A DNA stretch of 64,000 nt. Source: Flaccisagitta enflata (lineage: Eukaryota). Shown piece after piece: positions 35,206-46,223 of the stretch. Below the pieces are notes generated by a model, which saw only the letters and a program-made list of their open reading frames with translations, searched no databases and was not told the DNA's origin. The stretch covers positions 30,380,001-30,444,000 of the forward strand of contig OZ231126.1 in the NCBI GenBank assembly GCA_965153355.1, in the 5' to 3' direction. Numbering within the stretch: position 1 is the stretch's first letter; each line of letters opens with the position of its first letter. Made by a program: the position numbers and the translations under genes.

Positions 35206-36427
35206 TCAGTGCAGTTTCTCTTTCTCTTTATGATGGACACTTGAATCAAAGTTGCGGTGATCCATTAAAGTGACGCGGGATACTTCAACTTGAAGATGAT
35301 CATAGCCGAGTTTTTGACTGAAATTTCTACTCGGTCCGCCCTTTATCTGTATCTTATTGGTCTGGTACAGTGGGTCTGGACACTGGGTCGGATGATCGGT
35401 CAGTGACTCAATTGCGATAGAATTTTGAAGAAGAAAAAGTTGAAAAGATTCATGGCAAACTTAGTGACAAAAGGGGGGCTTCACAAGGCCCAAGGCCATT
35501 TCTGAATTGGTTCAATCATTGAAGGTAATTAAGAATGATCACCATGCATTTTGTGAGGGAAAAAAAGCCCAGACTCTTGAATTAGAGCTTAGATCTCGTT
35601 AGGTGGTGGCGATGATTTTGACGACAACGACATTATCGACGACGACACAACATCGACAACAACACAACATCGACAACAACACAACATCGATATCAACGTC
35701 GTTGTGCGGCGAAGATTAAGGCGGCAATCGTCGATCGATGAAGCCAAATGGGATTCCGAGTGGAAGACTGTTGGTGTCGTGGTTGTTGGGTGTCGACTAT
35801 CGGCACTATGCCCCGGCTATGAAGCCAAATACGATATTAGTTGCGAATCTAGGTTACCATGGTCCAATCTAGTTTACCAGGGTCCAATCTGGCTTACTAT
35901 GCTTTTGATTTTGTATTGTATTTCAAAATCCTAAGTGTAGTGAAAAATCAATCAGGGATCTTACCCCACAAAGTGGCTGTCTTGAGCCATGTGGAGTCAG
36001 TGATGTAATGCAATGTCATTATATCAAGCCTTTTATTTGGAGTCTAGTGGCTCTGAATGATATAAATTTGGTCATTTGATACACTGTTTTGAAAGCTTTG
36101 TTTTTAGTATTGATATGTCCTGGCAATTTTATAGATCATGCGATGGTTCATACAGTCTGAATTTTTGTTGATCCAAGTGATTCAGGTCCTTGCACTCTAA
36201 ATCGCGATGATCGTGCGTTGGAACAGCACATGAATTCTATCTGGGGAAATCGTGGTTCCAAGTCTTTCAGGTCCTGGATCTGCGAGCTGCACGGACGATC
36301 GTGCGATGGAAAACAATAATCCAATTTTCGAAAGATGCGCTTTAAAAATGGGAAGGTTGGGTAAAAGACAATGATATCCTTCAAACGTGTGTGACATATA
36401 AGAAGAATGGGCGGATAAATTGTTGGA

Positions 36428-36501
<74 letters not shown>

Positions 36502-37476
36502 AACAGTCAGACAGACGAACAAACGACGAAAACATTTTTTGTTCAAAAACAAAATTCATCCGACGCGGTATTCATGATTGAGTATGAAAGTTTTTTTTCT
36601 CAAAAAATGCCCGATGAAAAAAAATGTCATAAGACATGCTGCACAATCGTATCGAATTTCTTAATCATGCACTTTTGAATTATTTTTTGTAGTTTATAAT
36701 AAGTATTCTCTCAAATGCAACAAATAGTTATTGTCAGCAAACAAATGGTATGAACAGCAAACACATAGCCAAATCTTTTATCACTGGAACAATCGTAATC
36801 ATCCTCTGAAACATAATTCAGAGCAAAAATAGGGCATAGATGTGTAACAAAAAATGTGATAAGTCTATCTTGAAAATAACAAATCTGTGAAATGAGTCAA
36901 AATTTTGCATTTTCTAGAACATAGGACTTTAGATATACTAATTTACAAGAGTCGCACGTTCCTGGTTTTTGTAATTTTTGATACCCTATGCAAATTTGTT
37001 ATTTTCAGTGGACAAAAGTCTGGTGACAAAATTGAAAAATTCTGATCTCTGTATCTCTTTTTTTCAAAAGAATGTTACACTTTCATGAAAGCACTTGCAA
37101 ATTTCACCGATGGTTAGATCAATAGGTATATTTTTATTTTCTTATCAATTTTTAATGGATAACTGTAATTTGATATTTTTGAATTTATGTTTAACAATAG
37201 CTAATATATTCAAAAAATAAAAAATTCAGAAAAAATTATTTTCTAAAAAATGTAGGGGCAGTTGAGCTTACCAATATGCAAAATATGTCTTAACTTAATG
37301 TGTAGGAAGGCCCTTATCAAAAATTTTGAGAAAAAATCAGCAATCATGAAAAATTTCTAACTAATGCATGAATAAGAAATTCCGCCCTAAATTATTCCCT
37401 GTCATAATCGCTTTTTTGCCTCCTCTAGGTTTATTCAGGCATTAAGACTTGCGAGTGTCCGTCAAAAGAACGAAAG

Positions 37477-37477
<1 letters not shown>

Positions 37478-37513
<36 letters not shown>

Positions 37514-37714
37514 CGGAGAGAGACAGAGAGACAGAGACATAAAGAAAGAAAAGAAGAACAGAACAAAAGAAAGAAGTTAAGGATCAAAGAAAGACACTTA
37601 GATAGACTTGGAAAATATCACAAGAAAAATAGGAAACAGAGAAACAGGAATAGAAAAGAGAGAAAGAAAGAGTGAAAGAATTAAAAAAGAAAGAAAGAAA
37701 GAAAGAAAGAAAAA

Positions 37715-37762
<48 letters not shown>

Positions 37763-37768
37763 GAAGAA

Positions 37769-37820
<52 letters not shown>

Positions 37821-37900
37821 AACACAGACAGACAGACAGTAAGAAAAAAAGAAACAAAGTGAGAAAGAAAGAAACAAAGAAAGAAGGAAGCAAAGATGGA
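37478..37900. repeat. (AG)n/(GAAA)n microsatellites
   Basis: Direct reading. Confidence 0.9.
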
Positions 37901-37953
37901 ACAAAGGAAGAGAGAAAGAGGGAGAAAGGACGATTAGAAAGAAACAATGAAAA

Positions 37954-38363
37954 CTACTCGACTCAATAAAAAAGCCGCACTTTTAAAAAGCAGATTGCTA
38001 AACTAAATTTCAAAATGGATAACTAAAAAGTTAGAAAGCTCTAGAAAGCTCTAGAAAGCTCTTGAAAGCTCTTGGAAAGATCTTTTATTTGGCTCCTATC
38101 TGGCAATTTTAGCTTTATTCATTTAGAAATGGCATATAAAAAAGTAGAAACATTGCCATTTATCACTTTGTAATCCCATTGAAAAATAAGCATTTTTACA
38201 AATTAGATCACCTTGACAGGCTCTAGCTCCTAAACCGTTTGAGATACAGATCTGGGATTGGTCTAGAATGAAAGAAAACTTGAAAATCTTTAAATTCCAT
38301 TCAACAAAATGGTCTTTTTTATCAATGCAAAGTAGGGTGCGGCTTTTTTTTTTAGTCGAGTAG
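37954..38363. mobile_element. MITE
   Basis: TIR CTACTCGACT..AAAAAAGCCGCAC and GTGCGGCTTTTTT..AGTCGAGTAG. Confidence 0.75.
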
Positions 38364-38708
38364 TAAAAGAGATAAAAGAGGAGAAAAGAAAAAACGAGAC
38401 AAAGATGCATTGGAAAGATGAAAGTGGAAAAAAATTTACGTCAATTAAAAAAGGAGGAGTAAAAAGAGATTTGAAGTCCTTCTTGAAAGAAGATGAAATG
38501 ATAGCTGAGTTAATAGAAAAAATCTTTCTTCGTCGTATAACAGAAAGAAAAATACTAGAAATTAATAAATGAAAAAAGAATGTTTTTTGAAGATATAAAA
38601 GCCAGATTAAAGAAATTAAAAAAAAGAAAGAAATACTGTAAACGAGGGATTAAAACATTTAAAGAATGCTCGATTAGGCCAAGATGTGTTTTTACGGTGG
38701 TTAAAAGT

Positions 38709-38995
38709 AGACAAGAAATGGCAAAAAAATTTCCAATGGATGCGTCCTTTTTGGAAACAGGTTAGTAAACATATGGATACAATGTTATGGAGATCTGGAG
38801 AATTACTATCCCTACCACCTCTCCCCTCCCTTCAGACATTCATGAAGATGTGAGATATTCAATATAAAGCCATATCGTGAGATAAAGATGAAGAAATTGA
38901 AATGAAGAAAATTTCGCGTTACGGACATTCAGATCGGCAGATGTACGGAAAGACAAACACATCCTCCTATAGAGTTGCGAAGACGCATCCTTAAA
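38709..38995 (-). mobile_element. HINE related to 56403-57190
   Basis: Shares CCAAT.GATGCGTCCT and a terminal GCGAAGACGCATC hairpin with that element. Confidence 0.5.
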
Positions 38996-39308
38996 GTTTA
39001 GATTCATTCATCCAAATTACGTGAAGATGGATCAAGAGATCATCCTCAAAAAAAGATTTGCTTAAAGTAAGATCCATGATCTATTTGATCTCTGAGAGAG
39101 AATGTCATGTAGTTACAGTCATTGCCTTATAATTTTTTTGACGTCTAGGGCGTATACAGATTAGCTTAAAGTAAATGTTTAAGATTCAAGCTGGGCAAAA
39201 CATTACTGGCGTCCGTCACTGAAAATCATCGCAAGTGGTATTTTTAAATACGTTCTGACATGTTCTTATGAATGACGTCACCCTGATAGTACATTGCATG
39301 TATATAAA

Positions 39309-39673
39309 CAGGCCTGATTTTAGTGATTTTTTTTACTGAGCCAGTCGGGCTCGCTCCCCACCATTTGACAGAGCCCGAGAGGAAAACCATGAGCCCGGTA
39401 AAAATGTTATGCCAAGTTTTACAATCATATCAGCCTAGATTTGTAATAGCAGCTACAGATTATATGATGTAATGAAAAAATGATCACTATAAAGATGATT
39501 TAGTTTGTGAAAAAATAAAGAAAACGACTCAAAACATGATGATTTTTCAAATATTTCACTCAATCAGCTTGAGTGCTTTGGATCAATCCCAATGAGAGAG
39601 AGCCTGCCGGGCTCAGAGCTTGCAAAACATGAGAGCCCGAGAGCTAAATAGAGAGCATCGGGCATCAGGCCTG
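39309..39673. mobile_element. hAT-type MITE
   Basis: TIR CAGGCCTGAT; subterminal GAGCCCG repeats; near-matching 8-bp flanks TATATAAA and TATAATAA. Confidence 0.7.
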
Positions 39674-39679
39674 TATAAT

Positions 39680-40011
39680 AAACAAGGCCAAATAGACCAA
39701 TAAGTGCGCCGGGTGGATCGTCAAACGCTTGAGTGACCGACCGACGAACCGACCGACTAACAGACCAACCAACAGACCGATCAACAGACCAACTGTCAGA
39801 CCAACGGACGCTTTGGTGCACTTAAAGGATTCAGTGCGCAATTCCTGTTTAGTTGTCAACAAGGCGGGATACATGGCAGGACAGCCGCGGACGGTCGGGC
39901 AGGAGCAGTAATGCAAAAACCGCTGGCAATTCAATGATGTTACGGACAGATGGACCTATCGACCTAACGACTGACACGGCAAGGTGTTGAGTCGCGTGTC
40001 CGCGACTAAAA
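39680..40011 (-). mobile_element. Two adjacent short HINEs (39680-39826 and 39858-40011)
   Basis: Each has an AACAAGGC end and a GACC/GACA microsatellite; the second ends AGTCGCGTGTCCGCGACTAAAA. Confidence 0.6.
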
Positions 40012-40061
40012 GTGGCAAATGTCGCCCGTTCTTTACAGAGATGGCTTTCTCTATAATCTAC

Positions 40062-40257
<196 letters not shown>

Positions 40258-40750
40258 CTGGTGAAAAAGAAACTTATGATGATGATAGCAACGACGTTGA
40301 ATATGAAGTCTGATATATCAATCTTGTCATAACTAATGTCTCATGATCATGATCTCTAAGATGACTAATCAAAGAGCTCATCAGTCGTTCAGCCTTGAGA
40401 GCAGTGACCCGGAACCCCTAAAAACTGATGAGGGTCACATGGAAGGACAGATGGTTGACGAGAAAGACAAATGGTAGGACAAATGACAGTGTGGATAGGC
40501 GATGATGGGGACAAAGGGAAGGACAAACATGGGATGATGGCTGGAAAGTGGACAATGAGAGAGACAAATAGCGTGATTGATGGACAACCAGACATACAAT
40601 TTGCAGGACAGATGGACGAACAGACGATAAGAAAGACAAACTGTAGATTCAATGCAAGCGGTACAGACGGACGAAGAGAAAGAAATGCAGCAGAACAGGT
40701 TGATGACAAGAGAAGAGGACAGCAGGGCAGATGCACACATCGACACTGAT

Positions 40751-40857
<107 letters not shown>

Positions 40858-41102
40858 CAATCATATGAAACATGCGGATTTTATGCTTCAAGATCCGATA
40901 AAATCTTCGAATGACAAATTCACTTTCGTTTTCTTTTGTTTTCTTTTTTTTTACTTTTATCTTATATCTTTATATTATTGAAAATGCTGTCAGTTGAAAT
41001 GACGGTGGAGACATGGATTTCAAAATCGGGAGGAACACGGACTAAGAAAACACAACAAGAAAAACAGTTTTTTTTTACTATCAAATGAGGAAAAAAACGA
41101 GC

Positions 41103-41199
<97 letters not shown>

Positions 41200-41251
41200 T
41201 GTGTGTGTGTGTGTGTGTGTGAGTGAGTGAGAGTGAGCGAGCGAGCGAGCG

Positions 41252-41304
<53 letters not shown>

Positions 41305-41609
41305 TCCGAGGAGGAGAAATAAAAAAATCGAAGGAAAGAAAGAAAGAAAGAAAAAAAGAATGAAAGATAGGTAGATAGAAATAAAGATAGAAAGGCAAAG
41401 GAGAAAGTAACATGCAAAGAGTTCCAGAGAAGAACAAAGAAAAAAAAAGAAAAAAAAAAAAGAATGAGTTGGTTTCGTTGTGGAGAATTGAAGAGGATTT
41501 GATTGAGAATTGAATTTGTAAGCGGAAAAAAATTGGATTAATCCGGATCCTTCATTGGTCACACAGGTGGAGCTTGTTTAAGCCTGAGGTGGAGGAAGAA
41601 GCTGCAGTT

Positions 41610-41990
41610 GTGGGTATATGGATGGGCAATATGGTTTTAGTGACTGTGGTGTTGATGGTAATTGTGGTTGTTTTGATGGGCATTGTGGTTTTGGCGACTC
41701 TGGGGTTGTTGGTAATTGTGGTTGTGGGTATGTTGATGGGTAATGTGGTTTTGGTGACTGTGGTGTTTATACTTGGTAGTGGTTGTGGTTGAGGGTATTT
41801 TGATGGGTTTTGTAGTTTTGGCGACTCTGGAGTTGATTGTGGCTGTGGTTGAGTGTATTTTGATTTGTATTGTGGTTTTGGCGTCTATTGTGTTGATGGT
41901 GGTTGTGGTTAAGGGTATGTTGATGATTACTGTTGTTTTGGCGACTCTGGTGATGATGGTCATTGTGGTTGAGGGTATTTTGATGCAGGG
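41610..41990. repeat. Degenerate ~60-bp GT-rich tandem repeat
   Basis: Recurring GGTTTTGGCGACTCTGG...TTGTGGTT..GGGTAT.TTGATG, about 6 copies. Confidence 0.75.
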
Positions 41991-42008
41991 ATGTGTAAAG
42001 TTGCATGG

Positions 42009-43115
42009 TTTTTGGGCAGCGGCCCCAAAGGGCCGATGTCCTGTAGGACACAGGGGTGAATTTTCTTATGTCTGTCCGTCCGTCCGTACGTATGTACGTC
42101 CCCCCTTGAACCTTCTCAATTCTCAAATTTCCATTGAATAACATGGGAAAATGACAAAATGCAAACTTCCCATTGAATAACATGGGAAAATGACAACTTG
42201 CAGACATCCCATTGAATAACATGGAAAATTTACAAACAATAGAAAAATGCACACTTTCTATCGAATAACATAGAAAATTTAAAAAATTTAAAAAAAAATG
42301 CCCTGCTCTCACTCCACCTCTTCAGTTGATCACTCCAAGCAGGGCATCCACAGACCACCAAATCCCACCCTGATGGGAAATAAGCCCCTAACGACACTTT
42401 ATCCTGCTCAAGCCACCTACACAGACCACCAAATCCTCCTAAGTGTTTGTGTGCCTCCTTCCCCTCCCACCTCCAATTTCAGTTTTTTTTTTGTTCATTT
42501 CCATAAAAGAATTCTATTTCTTCTCTTTATGGCAAAAAGAATGACAAAATCATAATCAAAAGAATTACATGGGTTGTCAAAAAAAATATTTGCTAAAGTT
42601 ACAATCGTGGAAAAGCTTACTTTTGTTTTCCTTAGTAATGCAGGCAGATCTGGTATCCTTTTTTTTGAAAACAGTTCAAACTGCCTTATGCAAATTTCTT
42701 TGCATAGGACTAGAAACACTAAACAAGTGATGCGGGGTTACAATATTGTGGGGGATGGGTGGGTAGGGGCAGCCAGCCACCATCCAAACTCAAGGACAAC
42801 CTTAGAAATGCTTGATAACCTAAGCTGGCCCGAGCGTGAAACCGGAAGTTTGTTCCGGTTGCGGAAAAAGGGCAGGGTCGCTCTAAAACGACAATCGGCT
42901 GCTTGGCCGTGACGGTAACGGTATTGAGAAGAAAAATAAGGAAGAAGAAGAAGAAAAAGAAAAAGAAGAAAAAAAAGAAGAAAAGAAAAAAAAAAAACGA
43001 TGAAAAGAAAAAAAGAAGAAAAGAAGCAAAGGAAAAATGAAGAAAAAATGAAGAAAAAAAGAAATAAAAAGAAGAAATAAAAGAAATAAAAGAGGGAAAA
43101 GAAGTAAAATGCGCT

Positions 43116-43173
<58 letters not shown>

Positions 43174-44556
43174 GCCCCTGCTTATATCTCCTTGTCTGTC
43201 TGTCCATCAGTCTGACAAGTGATATGTCCTCCTTCAAAATGTGAGGTTGTCTAGCGTATTTTTGAAGTTGTAATCACAGATGAGTAAATACAGATACTTA
43301 TGATAATTAGGACCCATCCCATACCGTACCGTCCCCGACACGATTGCAATGAATTGCATCATTACGCCAAGTGGCGGAAAATGGCGTTGTTGCAACGTCC
43401 ACGGGATAGAGGTTTACCGCAGTGTCACGCCCGGCCCAGAACCTAAGCAAAACATTAAAACTACTTTAGTACCTACTTACTTCAAGGCAACTCAGCCAAT
43501 GCAAAAACCATTGGAACATTTTTAGAAAAACTATAGGAATACTATAGGGCAAGTTGCACGACAACAGAACAACTCTTGGACAACTTGAGGATAACTTTAA
43601 GACAATTCTTGGACAAATCTAGGACAACCCCAGAACTAATAAGGCTACCTCTAGGACAACTGAAAAAAAACTTGAGGACAATTCTGACAACTTTAGGACG
43701 ACTTCTTGGACATTCCTAAGACAACTAGGACAACTCTAGGATAACTAAAACAACTCTAGTACAACTCTGAGAGAGCTATAGAACAACTTTTGGACAACTT
43801 TTGGACAACTTTAGGACACTTTTAAAACAACTTGAGGACAACTCTAGGACAAATCTAGGACATTTCTAGGACATCACAAGGACAATATAAGGACTCCTCA
43901 TTGGCAACTTTAAGACAAGTCTAAAACAAGTACTGTAGGATAACTTGATTAACCCAAGGAAATTCCAGGAAAACCCAAAGCTAATTTCCATATGAGTGAT
44001 CCTTCCATAATTCAGGCTAAAAAGGATGCGAAATTCCTCCCTAATCGCCATGAGCTTTGAAGAGACGCGCTCTTATTTCATTAAGCTCACCCAATAACAT
44101 CAGTTTATGCTTGGCAAAAAAATACTTGATGAAAGAGAGAAAATAACAAATATCTCTTAGGCTAATTTGTATGTTTGGGTAAAAAGAAATCAAGCTCGTT
44201 CTCAGCTTAAACTCAAAAGCGCAATTGCGCGCATTAGATCTAGCTCCGCATTCCGACTACGGAGGACTAGGAGCTACCGCCAATGCGCAAAACGTGCAAC
44301 TCTAGAAAACCGGTGAACTTTTGTGAATCTCTATATTTTCTATGTATTTTACATAATGTTTTTATCATTATTTATGTACTAAACACAATTTCGAAATGAT
44401 TTTTTTTGCAGATATGAACCAAACAGGGTTAGTAGAAGTGGAAAACAGCACTAATGTAGTAGCTTTTAAATAGTCGTGTCCATTACTTATTTCCCATCAT
44501 GGCGCTCTGTGGCATCGGGTACCGCTGACCATGTGCAATCCTTGGATGACTTGTTG
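42009..44556 (+). mobile_element. HINE subfamily A, split by a RAG/Transib-like insertion
   Basis: 5' GGGCAGCGGCCCCAAAGGGCCGATGTCCTGTAGG and 3' ..CACTCCAAGCAGGGCATC | GGGTACCGCTGACCATGTG..GATGACTTGTT match the uninterrupted copy at 55204-55882 (minus strand). Internal CCATTGAATAACAT repeats at 42131-42270. Confidence 0.75.
42349..44511. mobile_element. RAG/Transib-like non-autonomous transposon with asymmetric RSS-like termini
   Basis: Left CACAGAC-15nt-TGATGGGAAATAAG; right (reverse complement) CACAGAG-5nt-TGATGGGAAATAAG; 5-bp TSD GCATC at 42344-42348 and 44512-44516. Contains a GGACAACT minisatellite (43560-43950). No transposase ORF. Confidence 0.8.
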
Positions 44557-44702
44557 ATTTCTTTCCCCCCTCTCCTGCCTTTGATTTCTTTCCCCGCGAC
44601 GGATTGCAAAATCTATGATTTTCATCCCCATAAACCAATAGGGTACTGTTTTCAAATTCGGTGATGTCTTTTGTTTTACTGACTTTCTAAGCAAATTTTC
44701 AT

Positions 44703-44790
44703 TTAGGCTTAGGGGTAGGGTTAGGGTAAAGGTTGGGGTTGGGGGTGGTTTTAGGGTTAGGGTTAGGGTCAGGGCTAGCGTTAGGGCTAT
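44703..44790 (+). repeat. Degenerate TTAGGG-like repeat
   Basis: TTAGGGGTAGGGTTAGGG...TTAGGGTTAGGGTTAGGGTCAGGG. Confidence 0.75.
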
Positions 44791-45224
44791 GTGAGAGCTG
44801 GGTTAAATACATTTCAACCCGAATCAACTCGAATTAAAGCCTCGCCCAAACGGGGAAAACCCGATGAAAACAAAAGATCAGTATCGTCTTCGAAATTTCT
44901 TCTATGGTGGTTGTGTTGTTGATGGTAGTTCGGGGTACAGTGCTTGTGCAGTGCAAGACGAGGCGTGGTTGTCATTTCTGAAGTGGAAGATTGACCGACC
45001 GACCAGCTAACGGACCTACTTACCGACGAACTGACCGAGGGAGTAACAGACTTGACAGTAATGCACTCTTAAACAAATATGCGCAGACTAGCAAGGATTA
45101 AAAGAAATAAAAACAACATTTCGGGCTGAAATTGAAAAGCAAGCTTCTTTCACGCGGAATGTCGATCGAAGTAATTTAAGGATTTAAAATCATGTTTTTC
45201 GTTTTCGAGTTCCACTGACATACA

Positions 45225-45450
45225 TTCGAGGCTGTGAATGAGATCCACGAAGATTTAAGGCTGTGAATAAGATCCATACAAACGTATCGAGACTGTGAAT
45301 GAAGTCCGAGCGCAGATTCGAGGCTCTGAATAAAATCCACAAAGGTTTGGAGGCTATGAATGAAGTCGACGAATATTTCGACGTTTTGTGAATGGGAACT
45401 TGATAAATTCAAAGCTGTGAATGAGCTATGCGGAGATTTGAAGTCGGGTG
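45225..45450. repeat. Degenerate ~31-bp tandem repeat (TCGAGGCTGTGAATGA...)
   Basis: About 7 diverged copies. Confidence 0.6.
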
Positions 45451-46223
45451 AATAAATCTTGACAAGGAATGCTATTCACAGTCACAGAAGTGTTGGTCTG
45501 TTCGCTGGACGATGAACGCGTATGTTGTTTTGTATTAAACGACATCATGTTACCTTATTTTCGTCAACATCAGTCCATCACACATTCTTACTGGTATTTC
45601 AAGTCCTTTTACCACGTTCATGCTGATATTTTCGTCACAATCAAACGTAATTGTTTTCAATTCATGTACTTTATTCTTTTGTTGGCGTAGTTCTAAATCC
45701 CGCGATTCCAAAAGAATTAGAAAATGTATTCGTGGAAGAAAGCGGAGAAGAGGCGAGTTCCGACTTGAAGATAGATTGTAAGCAAAGAATGTTAGAAAAA
45801 AAAAAGGAATAAAAAAAAGAGAGAAAATTGGAAGAGGAATAGAAATCTACAATTCACTCTCAGTCGTACAAAGCGACCAAAACATGATTTGTTATGAGAA
45901 GACTTTTTTTTATGGTCAATCAGTCTAGTCTGAATGATTGGGGGAAGGACGACGGATATCCATTTCTAGCGGGGTTCAACTGTACTTTAAACAATTCTTT
46001 TCCTCGCCAAAATGAAGAGTTTTCGAGGACTCAATTTCTAGTTTCGTGGGTTTAATGAAATGACAAAGAACTTTTTCACACAATTGGTGATTGCGAAGAA
46101 ACACTTAAACTCCTTCCTTCGAAGATAAGAGCCGAAAAAAATAAAAATAAAAATTTGTTCCTGAGGTTAAAAACTGTACGACATCATACGGCTGACATGG
46201 AAAAGTTTTGTGTGGAGAGGAAA

